A stretch of DNA of 25,656 bases from Candidatus Altiarchaeota archaeon. GTDB lineage: Archaea; Altiarchaeota; Altiarchaeia; IMC4; QMZM01. Each line of letters starts with the position of its first letter. Position 1 is the stretch's first letter. The position numbers and the translations under genes are program-made. The stretch is taken from positions 1 through 25,656 of the forward strand of contig JAFGDV010000028.1 of assembly GCA_016931955.1 (NCBI GenBank), read 5' to 3'. Below the pieces are notes generated by a model. The model was not told where the DNA came from. It made no database searches and saw only the letters and a program-made list of their open reading frames with translations. This document shows positions 8,219 to 17,588 of this stretch, in pieces.

Positions 8219-9216
8219 AGAGAAATCACCTGCTTTTTTTCCGTCGACTCAATCAGTTTTTGCGCTAAAACCAATGCCTTTAGGCCGTCTTCCCCAGATA
8301 CAAGGGGTTCTTTGCCGTTCCCGACCGCATCGACCCAGGATTCCAGCTCAGCCTTTAGAGGCTCTTTCTTCTGGATCCTGATCTGCATTATGTTCCCCTC
8401 AGCCACGCCCATGAGTATGTCGGAGTAACTGTATTTTCCGTTTATGGCTTCAACGTTCTCGTAGAAGTACAGTTCTTGGGTCAGATACTTCACGACGAAC
8501 ATGCCCTTCTCCCCGATAATGGATATCTCCCTTATCTTTTCAGGGGTCAGCCAGTTAACCGATAAAACCCCTATGGTGTCGTTCTGGAACTTCAACAATC
8601 CAGAGAGTAGGTCCTCGTACTTTGTGTGGATCTTACGCTCTGTCTCGGCATAAAGCCTCTTCACATCGGAATTTGTCAGGTAACGCATGATGTCGATGTC
8701 GTGCACTGCAAGGTCTATGACAACACCAACATCCCTTATCCTACTAGGAAAAGGACCGACACGTATCGCCTTTATTTCGAATATCCTCCCCAATTCATCC
8801 CTGTCCAGCCTCCTTTTTAATTCTATGACAGCCGGGTTAAAGCGCTCAATATGCCCCACCGTGACCTTCACTTTGTTTTTCTCTGCGCTATCTATTATGG
8901 CTCTCGCATTATCCTCAGAATCAGCTATCGGCTTTTCGACCAGTGAGGGAATACCCCTCCTGGTGCACTCCAAAGCCACCTCACGATGATACTTTGTTGG
9001 AACAGCTATTGACAAAAGATCTATGTCCTCTTTATCTAACATCTCCTTGTAGTCTTTGTATGGATTACACCTTAGGGATTCTGCAACGTCCTTCGCGCTA
9101 TTGAAGGCCGCATCCGATACCGCTACGAGGTCAGTACTATCCAATTCAGCATAGATCCTAGCATGGTTTCTCCCCATGGAACCGACTCCGATAACCGCCG
9201 CTTTAAGCTTCCCCAT
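8215..9216 (-). CDS. wbpB: Gfo/Idh/MocA oxidoreductase, UDP-GlcNAcA 3-dehydrogenase (WbpB-like)
   Basis: GVGSMGRNHAR, VEKPIA, VGHIERFNPA, DLAVHDID. Confidence 0.82.
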   Translation of the reverse strand: MGKLKAAVIGVGSMGRNHARIYAELDSTDLVAVSDAAFNSAKDVAESLRCNPYKDYKEMLDKEDIDLLSIAVPTKYHREVALECTRRGIPSLVEKPIADSEDNARAIIDSAEKNKVKVTVGHIERFNPAVIELKRRLDRDELGRIFEIKAIRVGPFPSRIRDVGVVIDLAVHDIDIMRYLTNSDVKRLYAETERKIHTKYEDLLSGLLKFQNDTIGVLSVNWLTPEKIREISIIGEKGMFVVKYLTQELYFYENVEAINGKYSYSDILMGVAEGNIMQIRIQKKEPLKAELESWVDAVGNGKEPLVSGEDGLKALVLAQKLIESTEKKQVISL

Positions 9217-9217
9217 C

Positions 9218-10288
9218 TTAGACCTCGTTTAGGACAGATGCGATATAATCCAGGTTTTCCCTGGTTACTGAGGGGTGTATAGGCAAGGAAATGACTTTTC
9301 TTGCGAGCTCCTCTGAAACTGGTAGGCTTATCCTGTAGCCCAGATCCAAGTAGAGCCCTTGCTTGTGTATCGGAATGGGATAATAGATCCCAGTTCCTAT
9401 ACCCTTCTGGTTCAGTGTATTCACAATAGCGTCTCTGTCGCCTTCAACGCGTATAGTGTACTGGTGGAAGACATGCGTGCAATTTTTCCGAACAACTGGA
9501 GGCTTCACCTTCTTGTTTTCGATCAACTCTGTGAGGTATGCCGCATTCTCAGCCCTCTTCCTGTTGAATCCTGGAAGCTTCTTCAGCTGACACAAGCCGA
9601 TCGCTGCAGAGATGTCCGTCATCCTTAGGTTGAAGCCAATGATCTCATGGACGTAGCGCTGTTTTGAACCATGGGAGCGGATCATCCTCGCTTTTTCGGC
9701 AATTTTTTCATCATCTGTTGTAATAATTCCGCCCTCAGAGGTCGTCATGTTCTTGGTCGGATAGAAGGAGAAACAGCCTGTACCGAAAGAGCCGACCTTT
9801 TTTTTGTTGAATTCGGCGCCGTGGGCCTGACAAGCGTCTTCTATTACCACAAGGCTATGATCTTCAGCGATCTCCATTATGGCCTTCATGTCCGCTGGAT
9901 GACCATACAAGTGCACTGGCATGATCGCCTTCGTTTTTTCGGTTACCATCTCGGCCACGTCTACTGGATCAATGCAGAATGTGTCCTCTTCTATGGCTGC
10001 GAAAACGGGCCTTGCGCCGGTGAAGAGAACAGAGTTCGCAGACGCGATGAAAGTAAAAGAGGGAACGATCACTTCGTCGCCGGGGCCTATTCCGTGGGCG
10101 AGCAAGGCGACGTGCAACGCAGCAGTCCCAGAATTGACTGCTACCGCATGCTTAGTTCCTGTAAATCCAGAGAATTTGGTTTCAAACTCCTTGACCTTAG
10201 GACCTTCCGCAATAATACCGGAACCTAGGACTTCCATAACTGCCTGCTTTTCCTCTTCCCCTATCAATGGTTTAGCTATGGGGATCAT
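9218..10288 (-). CDS. wbpE: DegT/DnrJ PLP aminotransferase (WbpE-like 3-aminotransferase)
   Basis: NSGTAALH, FTFIASAN, EDACQAHGA, SFYPTKN (PLP lysine), GIYYPIP. Confidence 0.85.
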   Translation of the reverse strand: MIPIAKPLIGEEEKQAVMEVLGSGIIAEGPKVKEFETKFSGFTGTKHAVAVNSGTAALHVALLAHGIGPGDEVIVPSFTFIASANSVLFTGARPVFAAIEEDTFCIDPVDVAEMVTEKTKAIMPVHLYGHPADMKAIMEIAEDHSLVVIEDACQAHGAEFNKKKVGSFGTGCFSFYPTKNMTTSEGGIITTDDEKIAEKARMIRSHGSKQRYVHEIIGFNLRMTDISAAIGLCQLKKLPGFNRKRAENAAYLTELIENKKVKPPVVRKNCTHVFHQYTIRVEGDRDAIVNTLNQKGIGTGIYYPIPIHKQGLYLDLGYRISLPVSEELARKVISLPIHPSVTRENLDYIASVLNEV

Positions 10289-10875
10289 TTTTTATCGAGT
10301 TCTTCATGGACTTCTGGGGGTATTGTGACCTTCTTTCTGCAGACTGAACACTTCAATACAACACCCTGGGGGGTCACTTTTTCCTCCTCAAGCCTTCTCC
10401 CGCACTCGCAGACGAAGCCTCTGAGCTTTGCCGGGTTCCCGTACACGAGGGCATGGTCTGGGACGTCTCCTGTGACTACTGAACCGGAGCCTATCATCGC
10501 GTATCTGCCTATGGTGGTGCCGCATATGATCGTTGAGTTCGCGCCTATGGATGCGCCTTTCTTCACCAGGGTCTGGTATACTTTGAAATCCGAATTCGCA
10601 GCTCTGGGATACATGTCATTTGTGAATGTCATCGATGGACCCAGGAAGACGTCGTCCTCCACAACAACGCCGTGATAGACCGATACGAAGTTCTGTATCT
10701 TGACCCTGTCTCCTATTTTGACGTCGACGTCTATGTAGGATGATTTCCCTATGATGCAGTTTTTGCCTATCTTTGAGTTCTCCCGGACCTGTGCGAAGTG
10801 CCAGATCCTTGTTCCTTCACCGATCACCGCTTTTTCGGAGACTTCCGCTGTGGGGTGGATAAAAACGTTTTCCAT
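10285..10875 (-). CDS. wbpD: Hexapeptide-repeat N-acetyltransferase (WbpD/WlbB-like) with a C-terminal Cys cluster
   Basis: IHPTAEV, IWHF, KIQN, GPSMTFTND..PR, GASIGANSTI, GNPAK, CECG...CSVC. Confidence 0.87.
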   Translation of the reverse strand: MENVFIHPTAEVSEKAVIGEGTRIWHFAQVRENSKIGKNCIIGKSSYIDVDVKIGDRVKIQNFVSVYHGVVVEDDVFLGPSMTFTNDMYPRAANSDFKVYQTLVKKGASIGANSTIICGTTIGRYAMIGSGSVVTGDVPDHALVYGNPAKLRGFVCECGRRLEEEKVTPQGVVLKCSVCRKKVTIPPEVHEELDKK

Positions 10876-10879
10876 GCCA

Positions 10880-10995
10880 ATAATATTAAATATTGTTTAA
10901 TATATTTATATATATTATATACATTCTATTTTTATAAACAAGCCCATGACGCAGGCGAACATATAATTCCCCGGCGCCCTAATAATTATAGCAGA
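10880..10995. promoter_or_regulatory. AT-rich divergent promoter region between the wbpD block and the GT4 block
   Basis: TATATTTATATATATTATAT at about 10901-10920 and AATAATTATA at 10981-10990, each at a TATA-like distance from one of the two start codons. Confidence 0.55.
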
Positions 10996-11007
10996 TAGAA
11001 TAGAAAA

Positions 11008-12210
11008 ATGAGGATATTGCAGACGGCAAGGTGGTTCTTCCCCCACGTCGGAGGAGCAAGCGTAAGAGTCTACCAGACAGCGAAAAATCTCGTAGATAAA
11101 GGCCACGAAGTCCACCTATTGGTACACAACCCAAAGTCGATAGAGCAATGCAATCTATCACAAGAAGTGCCAAACTATGAAGAATATGATGGAATACATG
11201 TCTACAGGATGCCATATTTTGCGCCAAAACAGGTCTACTGGGCTGCAACGATCCCCTTAATGGCAAAAAAAGCAATCAACATCATCAAGAAAGAAAAAAT
11301 CGACGTCATTCTCTCACATAATCCGCCCTACCTAGTCGGTATGTCCTCCTGGATAGCCAGCAAGTTTACTGGAGTGCCATTAACCCTTAATGTCCATGAT
11401 GTTTGGGGAGCTCCGCATTACAAAAAATACGAGTACATGATCGGTAAATCCCTCGAAAGATTCTGCTGTAACAGAGCCAAACGGATCATAACAGTGTCCG
11501 AGGGCTTATCCGAGGTCCTGGCAAATGAGACGGGTGTGGATAGGGATAAAGTAACGGCAGCACCGAATGGTGTCGACATTGAAAGATTTAGGATAGAAAG
11601 AGAAGAGACTGACAAACTGAAGGAGAAATACGACCTCTCAGGTAAAAAGGTTGTTTTTTTCGTGGGAATACTCCGAACATGGGCAGGCATACAGTTTCTG
11701 ATAAAGGCATTCCCGAAGGTTCTCGAAAAACAGCCAGAAAGTGTGCTCTTTATTGTAGGCGACGGGGGAGACAGGAAATACCTTGAAAGTTTAGTTGATG
11801 AATTAGAGATCCGAGAGAATACAGTCTTCACTGGATCTGTTCCCTACAGCGATGTTCCATCTTTCATCGATCTGGCGGATGTGTGCGTCGCCCCTTTTCC
11901 CTCGACAAAGGTGACTGACAGCAGAAAACTCATGTCACCCCATAAAGTCCTTGAATACATGGCTGCAGAGAAAGCCGTCATTGCAAGCAGGGTGGGGGGA
12001 ATGGAAAACTATGTCGAAGAAGGGGAAACCGGTTTTTTAGTTGAACCTGAGGATATCAGCGATCTAGCAAATAAGATAATAGCTCTATTGGAAGATCCGA
12101 ACATGAGAGAAAGATTCGGGAGAAAGGGCAGAGAGCATGTGGCAGAGAAACATGCTTGGACTAATTATGTAGGGATTGTGGAAAAAACCCTGGAGGATGT
12201 ATTAACATGA
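11008..12210 (+). CDS. GT4 family glycosyltransferase
   Basis: FFPHVGGA, PNGVD, FVG, IVGDG, FTGSVP, KVLEYMAAEKAVIASRVGG, GETGFLV. Confidence 0.93.
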   Translation: MRILQTARWFFPHVGGASVRVYQTAKNLVDKGHEVHLLVHNPKSIEQCNLSQEVPNYEEYDGIHVYRMPYFAPKQVYWAATIPLMAKKAINIIKKEKIDVILSHNPPYLVGMSSWIASKFTGVPLTLNVHDVWGAPHYKKYEYMIGKSLERFCCNRAKRIITVSEGLSEVLANETGVDRDKVTAAPNGVDIERFRIEREETDKLKEKYDLSGKKVVFFVGILRTWAGIQFLIKAFPKVLEKQPESVLFIVGDGGDRKYLESLVDELEIRENTVFTGSVPYSDVPSFIDLADVCVAPFPSTKVTDSRKLMSPHKVLEYMAAEKAVIASRVGGMENYVEEGETGFLVEPEDISDLANKIIALLEDPNMRERFGRKGREHVAEKHAWTNYVGIVEKTLEDVLT

Positions 12211-13298
12211 AACTCTCCATAGTGGTCGGGACGCGGCCGCAGCTGATAAAGATAAGCCCGCTCATAAGGAGGATAGAAAAAGAGAGAGACATAAGACTGC
12301 AGTTCATCGATACTGGACAACACTACGACTATGAGCTGAACAAGACCTTCTACGATGAATTACGTCTGCCTGCATCAGAATTCTTAGACATCGGTTCAGG
12401 AACTCCTGGAGAGCAGACCGGTAATGCATTGATTGCAGTTGAAAGAGAGATTATAAAATTCAATCCAGATCTCGCACTAGTTATTGGGGATACTAATTCA
12501 GCCCTTGCAGGAGCCCTTGCTGCGGTAAAACAGAAGATCCCTGTAGGGCATATTGAAGCCGGTCTGAGGAGCTTTGACAGGAGGATGCCTGAGGAGATTA
12601 ATAGGATCATAGTCGACCACGTCTCAGATCATCTTTTCGCGCCCACAAAAAACGCAGTTAACAACCTAATGCGGGAGGGGATACCAAAGGATAAAATCTT
12701 CTTCACCCACGACATTACTGTAGACGCATGCCTGGAAAACTACGAGATTGCGAAAGAAAAATCCAAGATATTAGAGAAACTGAACATTAACCCAAGGGAC
12801 TATGTCTTAGTGACCGCCCACAGACAGGAGAACGTCGATGATAAAAGGAATCTGGAGAAATTGGTCAATGCATTAACGAAGCTCGAAAAGCCAACAATAT
12901 TCCCAGTGCATCCGAGGACACTGAAGAACATGAAGGCATTCAGCCTCTTGGAGAAGCTGGGAAAGAACTGCACATTAACCAAGCCTCTGGGCTACTTCGA
13001 CTTCTTGATGTTGCTTAAGAATGCGGCATGCGTTGTCACGGACTCTGGGGGCGTACAGAAGGAGGCTCTTATCCTGAAGACACCATGTGTTACCATTAGA
13101 ACAACAACGGAGTGGCCAGAAACGATAAAACTTAATGCAAATGTTCTTGTTGGCCTTGACGGGAAAAGGATTATCAATGAGGTCAATAGGAGATCTAATA
13201 ATGAATTCCACAGAGCTATGGAGGACATAAAGAGCCCATATGGTGAAGGAAAAACAAGTGAGAGTATATTAGATGCTATATTAGGACTCCAACAGTGA
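12207..13298 (+). CDS. wecB: Non-hydrolysing UDP-GlcNAc(-type) 2-epimerase (WecB/WbpI)
   Basis: VGTRPQLIK, TGQHYD, GDTNS, HIEAGLRS, MPEEINR, HRQENVD, TDSGGVQKEA. Confidence 0.92.
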   Translation: MKLSIVVGTRPQLIKISPLIRRIEKERDIRLQFIDTGQHYDYELNKTFYDELRLPASEFLDIGSGTPGEQTGNALIAVEREIIKFNPDLALVIGDTNSALAGALAAVKQKIPVGHIEAGLRSFDRRMPEEINRIIVDHVSDHLFAPTKNAVNNLMREGIPKDKIFFTHDITVDACLENYEIAKEKSKILEKLNINPRDYVLVTAHRQENVDDKRNLEKLVNALTKLEKPTIFPVHPRTLKNMKAFSLLEKLGKNCTLTKPLGYFDFLMLLKNAACVVTDSGGVQKEALILKTPCVTIRTTTEWPETIKLNANVLVGLDGKRIINEVNRRSNNEFHRAMEDIKSPYGEGKTSESILDAILGLQQ

Positions 13299-13301
13299 AA
13301 A

Positions 13302-15128
13302 ATGTGCGGTATATGCGGTTTCGTTGGTCTGGAAGACAAAGGCCTACTGAGTCGAATGAACGGCGTTATCCAACACAGGGGCCCTAATGAATCCGGCATC
13401 TACATGGACAAAAACATCGGATTAGGACATCAACGCCTGAGCATAATAGACCTCAGAACGGGTAAACAACCAGTGCATAACGAAGACCAGAGCATATGGA
13501 TAAGCTATAACGGAGAAACATACAACTTTCTGGACCTGCGGGTAGAGTTAGAAGAGAAGGGACATAAGTTTTATACAAATACAGATACAGAAGTCCTGAT
13601 ACATCTCTACGAAGAGGAGGGCGACCTGTTCGTGAAAAAACTCAATGGAATGTTTGCCTTCGCTCTGTGGGATTCAAACCAGAAAAAACTGCTGCTTGCA
13701 AGAGACAAAATCGGGATAAAGCCACTGTATTACACAATATCAGAGGATGGAAGCTTTCTTTTCGCGTCTGAGATCAAGTCTATCCTACAATACGAGAACT
13801 TGGAGAGAGCCGTCGACTTAGAAGCCTTAAACCTTACCATAAACCTCATGTACATTCCCGGAGAAAGAACCATGTTCCGGGGGATAAAAAAACTGCTGCC
13901 TGGGTTCATTTTGACATATAAAGACGGCAAAACAAACCTGCATAGATACTGGAACCTGAACATCAACCCAATAAAAGATTCTGAATCATACTACGCGAGA
14001 GAACTTAGAAGACTGCTAGAGGACGCTGTAAAAAGTCACATGATCAGTGACGTTCCTATCGGTTCTTTTCTTTCCGGCGGCTTGGATACTTCAACGATGG
14101 TTGCTTTGATGAGCAAATTCAGTGAAGAACCGGTTAAGACATTCTGCATGGGCTTTGGGGAAGATACAGACGAGCTCTCTGACGCCCGTTTGGTTGCAGA
14201 GCATTTTGGGACCGAGCATTACGAATTCATAATAACCCCAAAAAAAGGCCTACAAATACTGGAAAAAGCAATATGGCACGTAGAGATGCCAAAGATAAAT
14301 CTCTTCCCATATTACGTGTCAGAACTTGCTGCAAAGAAGGCCAAAGTCTGCATATCCGGTTTAGGCGGGGATGAACTATTTGCGGGCTATTTGCGGAGAT
14401 ACAAGGCTGTTTTGTTGGCAGACAGAATCAGGAAACTTATCCCAGCAGTCGTTAAGGGAAACCTTTTCACAAAACTTGGATTCGTAGACCGGGGGGGTAG
14501 GTACAACTACTTCCTGGCACTCTCTAAACTGGATGATTGGGCTGATTTCTATCTTGTGTTATTTGGTGACGTACTCGATAAGAACGAACTTGATAGGCTC
14601 TATCTGATGGGAGCCAATAATGGCGACCTTAAGGCCGAATTCGCAACTTTCTTTAACAACGACCTACATCCAGTGGATAAAGTGCTCCTAGCAGATATAA
14701 AAACCCAGTTAGTTGATGACTACCTTGTCGTAGACGACGCAATGTCGATGGCGAATTCCCTCGAAATACGGGTGCCTTTCTTGGATGCAGAACTCATAGA
14801 CCTATCTTGTAAAATACCTTGGAATCTGAAGTATAGAAATGGTTTGGGGAAGTATATCCTCAGGAGAGCTATGTCAGATATATTGCCAAAGGAGATCTTC
14901 AGAAAGAAGAAGCGCGGCTTCGGCATGAGCTCTTACTCTTGGTTTAAGGATGAATTGAGAGAGTATTCACAACAGCTCCTTGAAAGCGAGGCAATAAATG
15001 ACTACTTCAAAAGAGATCGCCTAGAAAAAATCTTCAGGAACGCGGAAAATGAAAGCCATCGACACCACCAATTAATGTTGACACTACTATCCTTCAACAT
15101 CTGGTATAAAAGATTCATCGAGGATTAG
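13302..15128 (+). CDS. asnB: Asparagine synthase family amidotransferase, glycan-cluster type, copy 2
   Basis: MCGICG, HRGPN, RLSIID, YNGETYNF, SGGLDTS, GLGGDELFAGY, EIRVPFLD. Confidence 0.92.
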   Translation: MCGICGFVGLEDKGLLSRMNGVIQHRGPNESGIYMDKNIGLGHQRLSIIDLRTGKQPVHNEDQSIWISYNGETYNFLDLRVELEEKGHKFYTNTDTEVLIHLYEEEGDLFVKKLNGMFAFALWDSNQKKLLLARDKIGIKPLYYTISEDGSFLFASEIKSILQYENLERAVDLEALNLTINLMYIPGERTMFRGIKKLLPGFILTYKDGKTNLHRYWNLNINPIKDSESYYARELRRLLEDAVKSHMISDVPIGSFLSGGLDTSTMVALMSKFSEEPVKTFCMGFGEDTDELSDARLVAEHFGTEHYEFIITPKKGLQILEKAIWHVEMPKINLFPYYVSELAAKKAKVCISGLGGDELFAGYLRRYKAVLLADRIRKLIPAVVKGNLFTKLGFVDRGGRYNYFLALSKLDDWADFYLVLFGDVLDKNELDRLYLMGANNGDLKAEFATFFNNDLHPVDKVLLADIKTQLVDDYLVVDDAMSMANSLEIRVPFLDAELIDLSCKIPWNLKYRNGLGKYILRRAMSDILPKEIFRKKKRGFGMSSYSWFKDELREYSQQLLESEAINDYFKRDRLEKIFRNAENESHRHHQLMLTLLSFNIWYKRFIED

Positions 15129-15176
15129 ACAGGTTGAATGATAGCATGTATGATGAAGTGAGTTTGAGTCCGACGC

Positions 15177-15189
15177 TTTTATAATATAA
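15177..15189 (+). promoter_or_regulatory. Putative TATA box for the 15215 ORF
   Basis: TTTTATAATATAA located 26-38 nt upstream of the ATG. Confidence 0.5.
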
Positions 15190-15214
15190 GCTACTGGACA
15201 CATATACTGTTACA

Positions 15215-16837
15215 ATGCCCAAGGAAACAGCTGGTGATGAATTTCTCAGAAGCGTAAAGAATTTCTCCCACACACCCATCGAAGACGGTAGAGACCTGAG
15301 GGATATCCTTGAATATGATGGTTTCTCTCTCTGGTGGTTCATAGAACCGTACCTTTATAATAGAGTGCTTGAGGTCATGAAGGGGGAATCAAACCTGCTT
15401 ATCAGCTACATCCGCTCCGGCAGCAAATACTGGATATTCGTAAAATTCGTCGTCCGATGCCTTCTTGGAAAAATTCTACGACCCCTTCACTTAAGAAGGC
15501 CGCCTTGTGTCCTTGTCATAAGTTCTGCCCTCAATTGGAGAAATAGCAATGATCCGCAATCAGGCAAGAAAAAGAAGGACATAATGTTAGGGGATGTCAT
15601 CGCTACACTAAAACAAATTGGTCATAGTGTAATAACCTTGGACCAGGTCACGACCAGTTCAGGTGATATGAAAAGCGTGATAGAAAAAAACTGCGAAGAT
15701 CTCGGAACATGGATACCTGCAGAAGCCTATCTATCACCAAGCATTTTTTTGAAGACCCTCAGGACTGCTCAGAGACTTAAGACCCTTTTATATGAGCTAA
15801 AGAAGAATAGGAAGTTTGTTGAAGCGCTAAGATCCAATGGGCGTTTGTTGTTCGAGGATATAGAAGAAGACCTGAATCTGTGTTTCAGATATCACCTCCC
15901 TAAAGACGCACTATATTTCGAGATGATGAAAAAGGCAGTGGACGTAGAAAAGCCGGACATTATAGTAGTAACCTGCGAATATGGTTCTCTTGGTCTGGCT
16001 GCCATAATGGCCGGAAGAACAAGGGGAATACCCACGCTAGCCCTGCAGCATGGAGTTATCCACCCAAAGCATTTCGCCTACGTGCATGCCGCTGACGAGG
16101 TCTCTGAGGATATATCACCACGATTCTACCCTCTCCCTGACAAGACAGCAGTCTATGGAACCTATGACAAACATGTCCTTACAGAAATCAACGCATACCC
16201 TGAAAGCAGCATAGTCGTCACTGGCCAGCCCAGATACGACATACTTGCACATGCCTCATCTACTTTCAGTAGAGAAACAACGATAAAAAAAATCGGTCTC
16301 AACCCAGACAAGAAACTCATGTTGTGGACGACGCAATCACATGGGTTGACAATAGAGGAAAACCGACGGTCATTTTTTGAGGTCTACCGGACAATAAATG
16401 AGCTGTCAGAAAGAGTGCAACTGGTGATAAAACTCCACCCAGGAGAGACAGACTACCGCATGCACAAGAGCATTGCGGATGAAGTCGGCATATCTCCGGT
16501 AATCACTAAAGACATCGACATCTACGAAATCATTCATGCCTGCGACCTGATGATAACAAAAGCCTCTACCACTGGACTGGAAGCCATCGCATTAAATAAG
16601 CCAGTCATAATCCTGAACTTTGGCGGCGAACCAGATATCTTCGACTACGTTAAGGAGGGTGTGGCTGCAGGAGTCTACAGAGAAAACGAGCTGAAGGCGA
16701 CAATCGAAAGACTGCTGGAAGATGACTCCAAGCTTGCAAAAAACAGGGGCGCATACATAGAGAAACACTTGTACAGGATAGACGGCAAAGCCACGGAGAG
16801 AGTAGTCGACCTCATACGCAAGATGATCAAATCTTAG
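15215..16837 (+). CDS. GT-B fold protein of the CDP-glycerol glycerophosphotransferase / capsule-biosynthesis superfamily; candidate nonulosonate transferase
   Basis: GIPTLALQHG, VTGQPRYD, VIKLHPGE, STTGLEAIALNKPVI, DGKATERV. Confidence 0.65.
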   Translation: MPKETAGDEFLRSVKNFSHTPIEDGRDLRDILEYDGFSLWWFIEPYLYNRVLEVMKGESNLLISYIRSGSKYWIFVKFVVRCLLGKILRPLHLRRPPCVLVISSALNWRNSNDPQSGKKKKDIMLGDVIATLKQIGHSVITLDQVTTSSGDMKSVIEKNCEDLGTWIPAEAYLSPSIFLKTLRTAQRLKTLLYELKKNRKFVEALRSNGRLLFEDIEEDLNLCFRYHLPKDALYFEMMKKAVDVEKPDIIVVTCEYGSLGLAAIMAGRTRGIPTLALQHGVIHPKHFAYVHAADEVSEDISPRFYPLPDKTAVYGTYDKHVLTEINAYPESSIVVTGQPRYDILAHASSTFSRETTIKKIGLNPDKKLMLWTTQSHGLTIEENRRSFFEVYRTINELSERVQLVIKLHPGETDYRMHKSIADEVGISPVITKDIDIYEIIHACDLMITKASTTGLEAIALNKPVIILNFGGEPDIFDYVKEGVAAGVYRENELKATIERLLEDDSKLAKNRGAYIEKHLYRIDGKATERVVDLIRKMIKS

Positions 16838-17588
16838 AGCCGTTGCCAAAGATATTGGCCACATACTCGACGTTCTTTATGTCCTCAGCAAGGCCGTTTC
16901 TACGTGGAGTCTCCAATGTCACACGAGGCCTGTCCATAGAAAGAAGACATTTTGCTATGTATTCTAAGTCAAAATTGCCGTCCCCAAGAGACTTGTGGTC
17001 GTCTACCTCCTTATTAGTGTCGCCGTCGCTCAGATGGAACATCGCCGGCTTAAGGTCAAGGAAGCTCCCGATAACCTCCATATAGGGTCTTCTCATGCTA
17101 ATGGATGCTTTATACGCGTGACCGAAATCCAAGCAGAATCCTATATTGAACCTATCAAGCAGGACAGCAAAATCATGGGGGTCATAGTACAGACAATCCC
17201 CACCGTGAATGCCTGCCTTCGGCATATTCTCGAGGATGACCCTGTCCAATTCTATGCTACTGAGTATGTCTTCGGCCGCCTCCCTGCTACCGTACTCCGC
17301 ATGCAGGATGACGTACGGAGAATGAAACCTTCTCGCAATCTGGAGGGAGACATCAATCATCTCAAGGTTGAAGTTCCTCTTGCTCGGATCGCCGATATTA
17401 ACCCCCAGATTCGAGTGCGGCGCATGTATTATGTAGTCACTCCTCGGAAGCTTCAAAACATCATCCACGTGTCCGGGCACAACCAGCAATTCAAAGTAGT
17501 CGACTATTTTCCTTACTTCTTCTGGAAGCTCATCTATCAGAGCCACATCATCCGACCTGAACTTCAGACCTAAACATATTTTTTTCAT
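16827..17588 (-). CDS. Xylose-isomerase-like / AP endonuclease family 2 TIM-barrel metalloprotein
   Basis: IHAP, VILH, ILENMP, CLDFGHA, FHLSD, DDHKSLGDG, TLET. Confidence 0.85.
   Translation of the reverse strand: MKKICLGLKFRSDDVALIDELPEEVRKIVDYFELLVVPGHVDDVLKLPRSDYIIHAPHSNLGVNIGDPSKRNFNLEMIDVSLQIARRFHSPYVILHAEYGSREAAEDILSSIELDRVILENMPKAGIHGGDCLYYDPHDFAVLLDRFNIGFCLDFGHAYKASISMRRPYMEVIGSFLDLKPAMFHLSDGDTNKEVDDHKSLGDGNFDLEYIAKCLLSMDRPRVTLETPRRNGLAEDIKNVEYVANIFGNGSKI

Noticed and set aside
15150-15175. Possible C/D box sRNA (ATGATGA box C)
   Set aside because: No CTGA D or D' boxes at suitable spacing.
16995-17573. 192-aa plus-strand ORF (and similar ones such as 9671-10228 and 21200-21586)
   Set aside because: These lie fully antisense to genes with clear family motifs and have no independent coding signals.
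16827-17588. DNA-repair endonuclease IV (nfo)
   Set aside because: The fold and metal ligands are shared, but Nfo-specific N-terminal motifs are not evident and the gene is coupled to a sugar operon. Not fully excluded.
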